Shown piece by piece: positions 19,203 through 29,717 of a DNA stretch of 64,000 bases. The notes beneath the pieces are model-generated. The model was not told where the DNA came from. It saw only the letters and a program-made list of their open reading frames with translations, and did not search any database. The stretch's first letter is position 1, and the number at the start of each line of letters is the position of its first letter. The translations under genes and the position numbers were made by a program. Source of the stretch: Armatimonadota bacterium (lineage in GTDB: Bacteria > Armatimonadota > Zipacnadia > Zipacnadales > UBA5352); contig JAYENL010000242.1 in NCBI GenBank assembly GCA_034722055.1, positions 32,001-96,000 of the forward strand, given 5' to 3'.

Positions 19203-20048
19203 TCACCACAGGTTGGCCACCTCGGGCAGCTCGGACCGTGGCTTCAGGTCAATCGCATCGTTGGAGCACACGCTGCGACAGACGCCGCACCCGTAACAGG
19301 CGGTCAGATCCACCTCGACCTTCCGGTCGGCCGGATTGAGGCTGAGGGCGCCGAACTGGCAGACCTCGACGCAGGAGCGACACCCGGTGCAGAGATCGGG
19401 ATCCACCGCAGCCACGTACTCCGCCCGCCACATCACCTTGGTGCCGTGCACCACCGTGGCCTGCATGGCTATGCAGCTCGGGCGGTCGCAGTTGCACACG
19501 CCACCAATGAACGGCGCCATGAACGTCCAGACGCTGTGGCAGAACCCCTCCTCTTCGTGCTGGGCGAACGCCGCCAGTGCCTCCTCTGGGGTAAGCTCGT
19601 CAAACTCCGATGTGTCGGGTCCGTGGAGGAAGCTGGGGTCCACCTCATTGACCAGCTGGGCCATCGTCCCGCCCCCCGGTCCCATCGAGATCCCGTAGCA
19701 GTAGCCGACGTCCTCTCCCAGCGTCTCCCGCCGACAGATGCAGGCGACGCGCACGATGGAGTTCACGAACCCGAAGATCTCCCGGATGTCCTCCAGCGGC
19801 ACCACCTGGCCGAAGTGCTGCCTCTTCATGCGCCGAGTGATCACCCCCTTGATGGCGCGCTGGACAAAGGCTGGCGCGCGGCTCAGGCTCTCCAGCTTCC
19901 GCAGGCCCTCGCCCAGGGCCTCGGGATGGCCGAAGAAGTCGGTGACGAACTCTCGTCGGCGCAGATCACTGAGCAGGTCCTCCGCATAGTTCTCGGCCTG
20001 CAGGTACCATTTGCGGCCGTCCCCGTGCTCCACACAGAACTGGCACAT
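19203..20048 (-). CDS. 4Fe-4S dicluster domain protein
   Basis: CTGCRSCVEVCQ and CYGCGVCRSVCS; additional CQFC, CICR, CNCD..C. Confidence 0.88.
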   Translation of the reverse strand: MCQFCVEHGDGRKWYLQAENYAEDLLSDLRRREFVTDFFGHPEALGEGLRKLESLSRAPAFVQRAIKGVITRRMKRQHFGQVVPLEDIREIFGFVNSIVRVACICRRETLGEDVGYCYGISMGPGGGTMAQLVNEVDPSFLHGPDTSEFDELTPEEALAAFAQHEEEGFCHSVWTFMAPFIGGVCNCDRPSCIAMQATVVHGTKVMWRAEYVAAVDPDLCTGCRSCVEVCQFGALSLNPADRKVEVDLTACYGCGVCRSVCSNDAIDLKPRSELPEVANLW

Positions 20049-20237
20049 CGCAGCCGACCGCCTTCGTGCGATCTGTCTGGTTCGCGCTCGCCCGACGAAC
20101 TCAGTGTGTCGCCCGCCCGATCACCTCCGGGACCTGTGCACTGTTGCTCAGCCGAGATACTCACGCCTCCACAGCCGGACGCGCGGTCGCCTCACCCCCG
20201 GGTCGCCACCACGGACTGTCAGGCACCGTCGACCGGG

Positions 20238-21500
20238 CTACTCGCTCAGGAACATCTCCACCACCGGGATCTCTACCGGCGGCTTCACGATGGGCATCTG
20301 CAGCAGCACGTCGCCATCCTGCTCGGTGAACTGCACCTCGGAGGCGTCGTGCAGAAACTGCGCGTACTCCACCTTCCCCGCCATGCCCGGCAGCCGCAGC
20401 GCCTTCATCGGCCAAGCGAAGATGTGGCAGTAGAGCCGCCGGGTGTCGAAGTTCTGCGTGTAGCGGCAGTCCCGCGGCGCATCGTAGTCCGACATGGTGC
20501 ATCCGTAGATCGAGCGGCTATTGAGCGCCATCCACTCGCCGATGCCGCGCAGGCGGGCCTGCGCGCGCTCATCGAACGTCCCGCGGGCGGTGGGGCCGAC
20601 GTTCAGCAGCAGATTGCCACCCTTCGAGACGCCGTCGATGAGCATGCGCAGGAGCATGGGCACGGACTTCCAGGTGTGCTCGTCGCGATAGTAGCCCCAG
20701 GAGCCGGAGAAGGTCTGGCAGGCCTCCCACAGCACCGGCTTGCCGTCCACCTCATACCAGCCCTCCGGCTGCACCTGCTCGGGCGTCCAGTAGTCCTGCG
20801 CGGTATCGGTGCGGTTGTTGATGAGGATCCCCGGCTGCAGCTCGCGCACCATCTCCACGAGCTTCTCGGACTGCCAGTCGTCCCTGCCCTTCCCGTCGGC
20901 CAGCAGACCCTCGCCCTTCCGCTGGGGGTAGGAGAAGTCGAAGAACACCAGGTCGATCTTGCCGAACCGCGTCATCAGCTCCCGGGTCTGGGCGTGCAGG
21001 TACTCGGCGTACTTGGTGATGTCGCGGTCCTGGTTGGCCCTCAGGAACTCCTCGTCGTTCGACTGCGGATGCACTGCGTCCACGGGGAACTGGGGGTGGT
21101 GCCAGTCGATCAGCGAGTGGTAGAAGCCCACGCGCAGGCCCTCGTTGCGGAAGGCCTCCACCATCGGCGCGATGAGGTCCTGGCCCCACGGGGTATTGGT
21201 GACCTTGTAGTCGGTCTGGTCGGTGTCCCACAGGCAGAAGCCGTCGTGGTGCTTGGTGGTGATGACGAAGTAGCGCATGCCGGCATCCTTCACCATCTTC
21301 GCCCACTCCGCGGGGTCATACAGATCGGGGTAGAAGTGGTCGAAGTACTTCTGGTACTGCTCATCGGTCATCTGCTCGTACTTCTTCACCCACTCGTGGC
21401 GGGCGGCGGAGGCGTAGATGCCCCAGTGGATGAACATCCCGAAGCGGGCCTCGACGAACCATTCGGTATCGCCGGGGGTGGGCTCGATCTCGACAGGCAT
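20238..21500 (-). CDS. Alpha-L-fucosidase (GH29)
   Basis: WFVEARFGMFIHWGIY, TTKHHDGFCLWD, GFYHSLIDWHHP, WEACQT..GSWGY, GGNLLLNVGP; real start is ATG 21500, not 23867. Confidence 0.95.
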   Translation of the reverse strand: MPVEIEPTPGDTEWFVEARFGMFIHWGIYASAARHEWVKKYEQMTDEQYQKYFDHFYPDLYDPAEWAKMVKDAGMRYFVITTKHHDGFCLWDTDQTDYKVTNTPWGQDLIAPMVEAFRNEGLRVGFYHSLIDWHHPQFPVDAVHPQSNDEEFLRANQDRDITKYAEYLHAQTRELMTRFGKIDLVFFDFSYPQRKGEGLLADGKGRDDWQSEKLVEMVRELQPGILINNRTDTAQDYWTPEQVQPEGWYEVDGKPVLWEACQTFSGSWGYYRDEHTWKSVPMLLRMLIDGVSKGGNLLLNVGPTARGTFDERAQARLRGIGEWMALNSRSIYGCTMSDYDAPRDCRYTQNFDTRRLYCHIFAWPMKALRLPGMAGKVEYAQFLHDASEVQFTEQDGDVLLQMPIVKPPVEIPVVEMFLSE

Positions 21501-21647
21501 GATTGTGTCCTCCCGTTGCTTGTGTGGATGACGAGTGACCGTTGCCCATCGGTTCCACGACGGAAGCGAGAGACCTCCAGGCGCAGGACTGGGAGAGAAC
21601 AAGGGGAACTCTGCTGGCGAGTGCATCCGGCTGAGGAGGTGCGCCCG

Positions 21648-24600
21648 ATGCGACGCTCTGGCCCGCTGATCGCCGTGCTGCTGTGTACGTTCCTCGTCCC
21701 GGCCGCCGCTCGCGAGGTCACCATCCCGCTGGAGATCGCCGACGGCGAGGGCTGTCGCTTCGACGCCCGTGGTGCCCAGCTTCTGGCCCGGGTGCCTACG
21801 CCGAACGACGACGGCCTCATCGCCATCGAGGCCGAGGAGACTGTGCGGCACCAGTTCGACCCGAATGTGCGCCACGCCAATACGTCCATGCCTCAGGACC
21901 CGGATTCGTCCGCGGGGAGATACCTCGACCACGCCGTCTACGCCTCGTACCAGTTCATCGCGAGGCAACCGGGCGACTACTGGCTGTGGGTGCGCGTGCG
22001 CACGGGCGAGGGACGCTGGCGCTTCCGCGATGTCGTGAACGGGACTGTCTGGTGGTTCTTCGATGAGCCCGAGCGCAATGAGCCGCCCGACGAGCCCGAC
22101 CGGTGGCACTGGGCCAAACGCCGGAAGGTCACCCTCGGGGAGGGCTTCAACCGCCTGGTGGTCACCGACTACGGCTACGATTTCCCGCAGGTCGATCGCT
22201 TCGTCTTCGCACCGAGCGAGGACTGGCGGCCCGAGGGGATGGGCCCGGAGGTCATCGCAGACATGGCTACGGGCGGCTGGGTCGAGACCTCGCCGCTCAC
22301 CATCCCCGGCCTGCAGCGCCTGGTGCGACTGGAAGGGCTGCCCGGGCAGACGGCTGAGGTTTCGGCCCGGACAGAGGAGTCGGAGCAGTGGCAGCGCGTC
22401 CACCATGGCCTCGTATCCTCCGGCCAGGTGAGGCTCGATGGCACCGCGCCGGCCGGCGACGGCCTGCAGTTCCGCATCTGGCTCTCCGGAGTGAGCTCCA
22501 TGATGCGTGAGGGCAGTCTCGCTGCCGTCGCCGAGGTCGATGAGTCGCGCTACGTCGAGCTTCACAGCGGTCGCACGCGGCTTGTCCTCGATGGCGAGAC
22601 TGCCGGCCTGTTCCTGGTCCAGGACGCCGAGAGCGGCGAGGCCATCGCCATGCCCGGGCGGCCGCAGCCGCTCATCTCCGTGGACTTCAAGCGCGCAGGC
22701 CAGCGCCGGAAGGTGCGCGTCGATCCGGAGGGCGTTACGGAGCTCATCGCCGAGCACGACGAGCGCCGCGGGTGGCTCTGGCAGGAGCAGGAGCCGCAGC
22801 CGGCCATCACCGAGCCGCGCTCGGTCAAGGTCGGCGACAATTCGCTGAGCGCCACCTGGATGTTCGCCATCGAGGGCATGGGCCGGGCTGAGGTGGGCTA
22901 CGCCATCGAGCCGGATGACGCGGGTGGCTTCCGGATGGAGGCACGCGTCAGGCCGCTGGAGGGCCCGGCTGACGTCGTGGCGGTCACCTTCCCGCGCATC
23001 GAGCACTGCCGCCTCGGCCGCAGCGGCCTCGACGACGTCCAGTTCCGCATGCAGTCCTTCGGCCATGAGGCCGTCAACCCCGGCAGCGGACCGATCCGCG
23101 ACGCGTCGTATCTGGGCAGCGTGGTCATGCCCTGGCAGGAGGTCTACGACCGCGACCTCGGCCTTTACGTCGGCGCGCATGATCCCCAGGCCTATAACTG
23201 CCAGTTCGTCTCCGAGGCCGGCGGGCTGGCCGCCGAGCACTTCAGCTTTGCCCTCCGGAAGCTCGACGACATCTCGCCGGGTGCCGAGCGCACATACCCC
23301 TTCGAGCTTGCCGTCCACGGCGGCGGCTGGCACTCCGGCGCCGACCGCTACCGCCGGTGGTTCCGCGAGACCTTCGGCCGAGCAGAGTACCCCGATTGGA
23401 TGCGGACCTTCGACGGCTGGCTGGACCTGCAGGCCGAGAACATGCGGCGGAGGTTCCGCTTCTCGCACCTCCCGGACATCCTGACCCGCGCGCGGGCCAT
23501 CGGCCTGGACTGGACCCAGGTGTGGGGGCAGTTCTCCTACGACGGCGGGCCCTGCTGCCATGACTTCGGCGCCCTCTCGCCCCTGTACGGCGGCCGGCAG
23601 GGCTGGGCGGAGGCGGCCCACGAGATCGTCTCCCGCGGCGGGCACATCGGCGGCTACTTCGTCTACGACCGCCTCGACAGGCTCCCCATCCTCACCGACT
23701 GGTTCCTGGGGCACTTCCGCAAGTCCCAGTACCCGGAGGACACGCCCTGGGTGACTGCCGACTTCTTCACGGACATGATGGTCATCACCGATCCCGGCGG
23801 CGAGCTCCCCGCCTGGCCGCCCCCGCAGGACGAGCTCGACGAGAGGCTGGCGGCGATCGAGGAGCACCAGGAGCTGTACGAGAGTTGGGAGCGCGCCCGG
23901 CCCGTTATCTGGTGGGAGAAGGTCTGGGTGAATGACCCGCAGTGGTGGGAGTATCTGCGCTCATGGATCGTGGACCTTTACGCGCGAGAGTACGGCTGCA
24001 ACGCCTGCTACATCGACGTGCTGGGCTGTGGCGGCGCCATGGAGAGCTACGACCCGCGCCGCGGCCACAACGGCGAGGGCTCGTGGGGGCTCGGGAGGCT
24101 GAACATCGCGCGGGAGGTCGTCGAGGGCGCCCGCGAGGTCTTCCCCGACTACGCGCCCAGCATGGAGGGCATGGGCGACCTGCCCGGCCTCTACTGCGCC
24201 TCGATGTGCAGCGGCGTCTACCGCGGCGCCCGCAACGTCATGCGCTACACCTTCCCCGACCGTATCTTCATCCACGGCCTGGCGAACTCCGGCTCCGGCG
24301 GCTCATCCATCGACCGCTACTGCGAGACCTTCCTGGAGGGCATGCGCTACGACTTCGTCGGCATGCCCGCCGCTGACGGCCTCCGCTTCCTCCGCCTGCA
24401 GCGCTCCTTCACGGCCTGGCTGTATGACGCCCGCTTCATGGACACCCGCGGCCTCACCGTCACCGACCCGCGCGTGAAGGTCCGGCGCCACGACCTGGCC
24501 GACGGCCCGGTCCGCGGCTGCCTGCTGACCATCGTCAACCGCGAGGGCCTCGAGCAGCAGGGGGTAACGTGCGACGAGAGCGCGCTCGGCGGCGTGAGCC

Positions 24601-25484
24601 ACGCCTTCTACGCGACCATCGACGGGAAGGTCGGCCCCCTGGAGCTGAGCCGCCTGCGGGGGCGCTTCGACAGCCTGGTGCGCTTCGAGCCCCCCGGCGC
24701 TCTGGCCTCGCAGGTGCTTCTGGTGAGCCGGGCGGAGGACGCCGCCGCAGTCTGGCCGATCCTGCGCCTGGTCCGCCACGGCGAGCCGCACGTGGCCGTG
24801 ACGCTGCTGAACCTCTCGGCGCAGTCCCAGAGCGGCACCTGCCGGGTCGCGAACCTGAGCTTCCCCGAGCCGCGGGAGGACGAGATTCAGGCGGCACGGG
24901 AGCAGCTTCCCCTGACGCGGAGCGAGGCGCAGTTCGACCTTGAGCCGCGCGAGGCCGGCACCCTGCGCTTCCCGGTCGAGAGCCTGCGGCGGCACTACTA
25001 CACGGTGCGTCTGCAGGCCACGATCCAGCGGGAGGGCAAACCACCGATCCAGCGCGAGTTCCTGGCGCTGCCGATCATGCTCGACGGCTCGTTCGAGGCC
25101 CTGGGCACCGACAGCGACCTGGCGGTGCACGGCCGGCGCGTCCTGGAGCTGGGCCCGTCGATGGAGGGCTACCAGTACGCCCCGCAGCGACTGTGGGTGG
25201 AGCCGGGCCACCGCTACCGGCTGCAGGTGCGGTCGCGGCGGACCGGCTTCGATGCCCGGGTCCACAGCACGGCGCTGCAGGTTCGCGGGGAGAGCTTCGA
25301 GGGCCCCATCGAGCGCGCTGCCGTGGACACCGACCGCGTCGATGAGTGGCAGACGCTGGAGTACGAGTTCGAGACGCCGGATGACCTGACGCGCGCCACG
25401 CTGTACCTCTACAACGTGGAGTCACCCGACACCGCGTGGTTCGATGACGTCTACGTTGAGGACCTGGGACCGGCGGTGCAGTAG
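21648..25484 (+). CDS. Large secreted DUF6259-like putative glycoside hydrolase with N- and C-terminal carbohydrate-binding-like modules
   Basis: GAGGAGG SD, signal peptide; GGWHSGADRYRRW, LYGGRQG...RGGHIGGY, YIDVLG, EGMGD; C-terminal WQTLEYEFETP...AWFDDV. Confidence 0.7.
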   Translation: MRRSGPLIAVLLCTFLVPAAAREVTIPLEIADGEGCRFDARGAQLLARVPTPNDDGLIAIEAEETVRHQFDPNVRHANTSMPQDPDSSAGRYLDHAVYASYQFIARQPGDYWLWVRVRTGEGRWRFRDVVNGTVWWFFDEPERNEPPDEPDRWHWAKRRKVTLGEGFNRLVVTDYGYDFPQVDRFVFAPSEDWRPEGMGPEVIADMATGGWVETSPLTIPGLQRLVRLEGLPGQTAEVSARTEESEQWQRVHHGLVSSGQVRLDGTAPAGDGLQFRIWLSGVSSMMREGSLAAVAEVDESRYVELHSGRTRLVLDGETAGLFLVQDAESGEAIAMPGRPQPLISVDFKRAGQRRKVRVDPEGVTELIAEHDERRGWLWQEQEPQPAITEPRSVKVGDNSLSATWMFAIEGMGRAEVGYAIEPDDAGGFRMEARVRPLEGPADVVAVTFPRIEHCRLGRSGLDDVQFRMQSFGHEAVNPGSGPIRDASYLGSVVMPWQEVYDRDLGLYVGAHDPQAYNCQFVSEAGGLAAEHFSFALRKLDDISPGAERTYPFELAVHGGGWHSGADRYRRWFRETFGRAEYPDWMRTFDGWLDLQAENMRRRFRFSHLPDILTRARAIGLDWTQVWGQFSYDGGPCCHDFGALSPLYGGRQGWAEAAHEIVSRGGHIGGYFVYDRLDRLPILTDWFLGHFRKSQYPEDTPWVTADFFTDMMVITDPGGELPAWPPPQDELDERLAAIEEHQELYESWERARPVIWWEKVWVNDPQWWEYLRSWIVDLYAREYGCNACYIDVLGCGGAMESYDPRRGHNGEGSWGLGRLNIAREVVEGAREVFPDYAPSMEGMGDLPGLYCASMCSGVYRGARNVMRYTFPDRIFIHGLANSGSGGSSIDRYCETFLEGMRYDFVGMPAADGLRFLRLQRSFTAWLYDARFMDTRGLTVTDPRVKVRRHDLADGPVRGCLLTIVNREGLEQQGVTCDESALGGVSHAFYATIDGKVGPLELSRLRGRFDSLVRFEPPGALASQVLLVSRAEDAAAVWPILRLVRHGEPHVAVTLLNLSAQSQSGTCRVANLSFPEPREDEIQAAREQLPLTRSEAQFDLEPREAGTLRFPVESLRRHYYTVRLQATIQREGKPPIQREFLALPIMLDGSFEALGTDSDLAVHGRRVLELGPSMEGYQYAPQRLWVEPGHRYRLQVRSRRTGFDARVHSTALQVRGESFEGPIERAAVDTDRVDEWQTLEYEFETPDDLTRATLYLYNVESPDTAWFDDVYVEDLGPAVQ

Positions 25485-25501
25485 CCAGGGGCACAACGGG
25501 G

Positions 25502-25533
25502 CGGCTCCCCCGGAGAGATCACCGGGGGAGCCG
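25502..25533. terminator. Hairpin between convergent genes
   Basis: CGGCTCCCCCGG-8 nt-CCGGGGGAGCCG, perfect 12-bp stem. Confidence 0.7.
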
Positions 25534-25562
25534 GTCGTTGTGCTCAGCCTCGGGGAGGCCGA

Positions 25563-26222
25563 TCAGGGACCCCACTCGACACCGGTCGGCAGGCGCTGCG
25601 GCCCGGGGGCGTTGTTGTAGTTGGTGTCGTAGGGCACCTGGAACCACTTGGAGTGGCCGTCACAGAATCCGAAGTTCGCCCCGCCGTTGTGGCGATCCGG
25701 GATGATGGAGCGGATGTAGCCGTTCTTGACGGGGACACTGGTGTAGATCGAGTAGGAAAGCGAGTACCCCTCGTCGTAGTTGTCGGCGGTGATCATGACC
25801 GCGGCCGGCTTCTCGATCTCGGCCAGCAGGTAGCCATCGACTGCGTTGTTGATGCCGTAAGCCTGGCGGCCGGTGTAGTTCCCGCTCCACTTGTAGCGCC
25901 AGGAGGGGCAGTGGAAGAGCTGGATGTTCTTCACGTACGGGTAGATCGGACATGGCCAGATCATCCCGGCGCTGGTGCGGCCGCCCGGGTACAGAATCGC
26001 ACCACTGACACCAGTGTTGTAATACCGCATGGGCAGCGTCTCGTCGTAGTCCTCTGCGTACATCAAAGTCGCAAGCGTAATCTGCTTGACGTTTGAGAGG
26101 CACGACGACTGTCGCGCCTTCTCCCGCGCCCTCGCGAAGACCGGGAACAGAATTGCCGCCAGGATCGCGATGATGGCGATCACGACCAGCAATTCGATGA
26201 GGGTAAAGCCACTGCGCCGCAT
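25563..26222 (-). CDS. Prepilin-type N-terminal cleavage/methylation, H-X9-DG (DUF1559-like) protein
   Basis: [54 protein letters not shown]. Confidence 0.92.
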   Translation of the reverse strand: MRRSGFTLIELLVVIAIIAILAAILFPVFARAREKARQSSCLSNVKQITLATLMYAEDYDETLPMRYYNTGVSGAILYPGGRTSAGMIWPCPIYPYVKNIQLFHCPSWRYKWSGNYTGRQAYGINNAVDGYLLAEIEKPAAVMITADNYDEGYSLSYSIYTSVPVKNGYIRSIIPDRHNGGANFGFCDGHSKWFQVPYDTNYNNAPGPQRLPTGVEWGP

Positions 26223-26425
26223 CGGTCTACCTCCTTGGATGTGCCTTCACTACCTCGCTTGCTAGTCCTTTCGCGGCGAACGTAAGAACCCCTCTCTCAC
26301 GTTGGCGAAAAGTCCGAGCTCCGCACACATTGTCCCAGCCAGCGGTCGCTTGCGCAAGCCGGCGCATGTTGACGACCAGGGCACTCGGCGGCTTCGGCTA
26401 TCGTGAAGATGCGCGACGTGCTCGC

Positions 26426-26491
26426 TGGAGCGGCCGCCGGGCGCGCAGCGCCCGGTGAGACCGGAGGTCTCCTGAGGTTCCACCCGGGCCC
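26426..26491. repeat. Structured repeat, copy 1
   Basis: TGGAGCGGCCGCCGGGCGCGCAGCGCCCGGTGAG...AGGTTCCACCCGGGCCC, matching 55839-55918 and the reverse complement of 56014-56109. Confidence 0.8.
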
Positions 26492-26627
26492 GCGCCACGA
26501 AAAGCCTGGGACGCGGGCGCCTGACGATCCCGCCCCGGCTGAAGTGACAGCGCACCGGCCGAAGCCGGTGCGCTCCTCGCCGATGACGGGCGGCGAGGCC
26601 CGTCCTGGCTCTCCCCGAAGGCCCGGT

Positions 26628-27326
26628 TCAGCCCTGCAACTCCTGGATCCACTGCAGGACCATCTGACGGGCTCTATCGCCCTCCGCCACCAGGTCACCC
26701 TCGGGACCGTAGACCTTGAAGTTCGGGATGCTCTGCAGCTCAAACTGTCGTGCGACCGGCGACTGCCAGTCGATGCCCCGACGGTCAGGGCGGTTGATGT
26801 CCACCTTCACCAGCACGATGTCATCGCGCTCCTCGGCAAGCTGCTTCAGATATGGGTCCAGGCGCACGCACGGGCCGCAGTACTTGCTGGTGAAGTCAAA
26901 GATGACGGTCTGTCCCTCCACGAGGTAATCCTCCAGGTTCACCTGCTCCCCGTGCGAGATGACGCGCACCTCCTCGGTCTTTGACCCCTTCACCCAGTCA
27001 ACCACATCCGTGGCGAACTTGGCCTTCTCGGCGGGCAGGCCGGCCTGCTCGGACATCTCGAAGACCTGCGCCATGAGGTACATGTGGGCCGTCGCGACCC
27101 AGTAGAGCTCCTCCGCGGACCGCTCCTTCAGCGTCTCGCGCGTGCCATCGACGATCTGTCTGGCGTGAGAGTAGACGTCACCCCATTCGCCCTGGTCGGC
27201 GGCCTCTCGCATCGCCTGCCCCACACTGAGGACATCGAGCGCAGCGCCTTCCTCCTCCTGTGCCACCGCGATCCCGCACGTCGTCAGCCCGATCACCACA
27301 GCCGTCGCCAGCGCAAGCTCTCGCAC
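26628..27326 (-). CDS. Exported thioredoxin-domain protein
   Basis: AAGGAGG SD, GTG start, signal peptide; IFDFTSKYCGPC, LQSIP cis-Pro. Confidence 0.82.
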   Translation of the reverse strand: MRELALATAVVIGLTTCGIAVAQEEEGAALDVLSVGQAMREAADQGEWGDVYSHARQIVDGTRETLKERSAEELYWVATAHMYLMAQVFEMSEQAGLPAEKAKFATDVVDWVKGSKTEEVRVISHGEQVNLEDYLVEGQTVIFDFTSKYCGPCVRLDPYLKQLAEERDDIVLVKVDINRPDRRGIDWQSPVARQFELQSIPNFKVYGPEGDLVAEGDRARQMVLQWIQELQG

Positions 27327-27383
27327 ATCGCATCCTCCTTCCCCGTCTCTGGGCCTGTGCACCACTGCAGTTCAGGACATCAG

Positions 27384-28253
27384 TCAGACGCCCGACGCTC
27401 CGCCTCTGCCGGCCTCCCGTTCCTGCTGCACCGCGGAGAGCACGCAGCGGAGGTACTCCATCCCCCGGCGCGTTGCCTCCACGTGGTCCATGGCCCCCTC
27501 GTACTCGAAGGCCAGGTGACCGTCGTAGCCGATCTCGACGAGCGCCGAGAGGATCGCGCGATGATCGAGGACGCCCTCGCCGTGAAGTCCGCCGCGGATC
27601 CAGGAGCCGGACGGCAGCCGGATGCGAGCCTGCTGCGGGTCGGGCTCCCAGTCCTTGACGTGGCAGTTCGCGATCGCGTCGGCAAACTCGCGCGCGGCGG
27701 CAACGGGATCGTCCCCGCCCACCAGCCAGTTCCCGTTGTCGAAGGTCAGCCTCAGTCCCGGCACGCCGTCGAGGAGCCGCCTCACCTCCTCAATTGACGC
27801 GTATGGTGCCAGCGGGTTCGGGAAATCCTCGATGGTGACCGTGACATCACGACCCGAGGCGTAGGCCACCGCCTCCCTCAGCCCCTCCGCGATACGCTCT
27901 GCGGCCCGCGGCTTGTCCTCGGGGCCCTCCGCTCGACCCGGGATCAGCATCACTACCGGGCATCCCATGTCCGCGGCTGCATCGATGAGCGCCCGGGCCT
28001 GCACCAGCCCGGAGGCGAATGCCGCATCATCGGACGCCGCCAGATCCGCGGGTCCGTTGATGCACGAGATCGCCACCTCCCGAGCGGCGCAGACGTCGGC
28101 GATCTCATCAGGCGTCCGGCCGGCGAGATCCCTGCCCGACAGCTCCAAGGCCTCGAACTGCAGCTCCCGGGCCAGGTCCGCCATCTCCTCCAGCGTCTGC
28201 AGCCCGCCCGGCTGGCCCGCATGGACCGTGTAGGTCATCAGCGACCATCGCAT
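27384..28253 (-). CDS. Sugar phosphate isomerase/epimerase (xylose isomerase-like TIM barrel)
   Basis: VTIED, LTFDNGNW, CHVKD, GYDGHLAFEYE. Confidence 0.85.
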   Translation of the reverse strand: MRWSLMTYTVHAGQPGGLQTLEEMADLARELQFEALELSGRDLAGRTPDEIADVCAAREVAISCINGPADLAASDDAAFASGLVQARALIDAAADMGCPVVMLIPGRAEGPEDKPRAAERIAEGLREAVAYASGRDVTVTIEDFPNPLAPYASIEEVRRLLDGVPGLRLTFDNGNWLVGGDDPVAAAREFADAIANCHVKDWEPDPQQARIRLPSGSWIRGGLHGEGVLDHRAILSALVEIGYDGHLAFEYEGAMDHVEATRRGMEYLRCVLSAVQQEREAGRGGASGV

Positions 28254-28299
28254 TCGCCCGCCGCCTCTCGGTGAGTATGTCACTCGTGCTGCCCGCGCG

Positions 28300-29166
28300 T
28301 CACAGCGCCCCGAGCTCCCGCAGCAGCGCCCGCCGCATGGTCTCCACGGGCGGCTGCTGGCCGCTCCAGTGCTGCAGCGAGATGGCGCCCTGGTGCACCA
28401 GCATCCCGGCCCCGTCCACGGCCTCGGCCCCGGCGGCCCGCGCCGCCTGCAGCATCACGGTGTCGATGGGATTATAGGTGAGGTCCACGACCACCTGGCC
28501 TGAGCGAAGCCACTCGCCCGGCACCACCGGCTCCACGTCGGTGTTCGGATACATGCCCACCGAGGTGCAGTCCACCACCACGTCCGCCCCCTCCACCGCC
28601 CGTCGGGCCGTGCCGTCCAGCGGACCGGAAGCGACCTCACTCAGCCCGGTCGTCTCCCGGACCAGGTCCGCGAGCTGCTCGGCGCGCTGCGGGGTGCGGT
28701 TGATGATGGTGATGCCGGATGCCCCCTCCCGGGCGCAGGCGTAGGCGACCGAACGGGCTGAGCCGCCGGCCCCGATGATGGTAACGGCCGCGCCCTGCAG
28801 TTCATGGCCCTGCTCTTGCAGCGAGCGCACGAAACCGGGGCCGTCGGTGTTGTGGCCGATCAGGCGTCCGTCCTCGGCCCGCACGATGGTGTTGACCGCG
28901 CCCAGAGCCGAGGCGGTGTCGTCGATCTCGTCGAGATGGTCGATGACCGCGGCCTTATGGGGGATGGTCACGTTCAGGCCCACCAGCCCCAGCGCGCGCA
29001 CGGCCCGCACCGCCTCGCCGACGTGATCGGGCTGCACGGCGAAGGCCAGGTAGATCCAGTTCAGGCCCATCTCCGCCAGGGCCGCGTTGTGCATGGCCGG
29101 CGAGAGGCTGTGCTCCACCGGCCAGCCGATGACCCCCACCAGCCGCGTCTGCGTGTCCGGCCTCAC
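28300..29166 (-). CDS. aroE: Shikimate dehydrogenase
   Basis: IGWPVEHSLSPAMHN, GLNVTIPHK, GAVNT, GHNTD, GAGGSAR, GMLVHQG. Confidence 0.96.
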   Translation of the reverse strand: MRPDTQTRLVGVIGWPVEHSLSPAMHNAALAEMGLNWIYLAFAVQPDHVGEAVRAVRALGLVGLNVTIPHKAAVIDHLDEIDDTASALGAVNTIVRAEDGRLIGHNTDGPGFVRSLQEQGHELQGAAVTIIGAGGSARSVAYACAREGASGITIINRTPQRAEQLADLVRETTGLSEVASGPLDGTARRAVEGADVVVDCTSVGMYPNTDVEPVVPGEWLRSGQVVVDLTYNPIDTVMLQAARAAGAEAVDGAGMLVHQGAISLQHWSGQQPPVETMRRALLRELGAL

Positions 29167-29714
29167 GCCTCATCACCAGCCTCGGGATACGATGGCATCA
29201 GCCCGGCCGCGGTCAACTTCCGTGCGATGTAGGCCTCCAGCCGCCGGTGCACGTGCCGCGTGATCACGAACTCACCGGCGGAGATCGGCTGCACCCAGAT
29301 CGTGTACAGCCCACAGCGGTTGGCGCCCCAGATGTCAGTCATGAGCTGGTCGCCGATCATCGCAGTTCGCTCGGGGGACGTCCCGATCTCGGCCAGCGCG
29401 CGCCGGTAGCCCCCGCTGAGGGGTTTTCGCTGCCAGTGCCAGACGGAGATGCCGGGCACGCCCAGCTCCTCCGACACCTGCCTGACGCGAAGCCCGCGCA
29501 CCGAGTTGCTCAGCAGGCACACGCCGAAGCGCTCGGCCGCTCGCCTCGCCCATGCGAGTCGCTGTGGCTCCATATCCCGGGCGCCGTAGGCCAGCAGAGT
29601 GTTATCCACGTCGATCAGCAGGCCCTCGATGCCACGGTCAGCGAGGGCCCCCAGGTCGATCTCCGTCACGCAGCGCGCCACCTCATCGGGCGCGAAGGCG
29701 GTGAGCATCCCCAT
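29163..29714 (-). CDS. yqeG: YqeG family HAD IIIA phosphatase
   Basis: GLLIDVDNTL, LSN, KP, MIGDQLMTDIWGANRCG. Confidence 0.88.
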   Translation of the reverse strand: MGMLTAFAPDEVARCVTEIDLGALADRGIEGLLIDVDNTLLAYGARDMEPQRLAWARRAAERFGVCLLSNSVRGLRVRQVSEELGVPGISVWHWQRKPLSGGYRRALAEIGTSPERTAMIGDQLMTDIWGANRCGLYTIWVQPISAGEFVITRHVHRRLEAYIARKLTAAGLMPSYPEAGDEA

Positions 29715-29717
29715 CGG

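Noticed and set aside
18990..21647. Apparent 2164-aa giant ORF on +
   Set aside because: The first 886 codons are the antisense shadow of the Fe-S and fucosidase genes; the real gene starts at 21648 with SD and signal peptide
21501..23867. Apparent 1209-aa fucosidase fusion
   Set aside because: The extension is antisense to the 21648 gene; GH29 similarity starts at 21500
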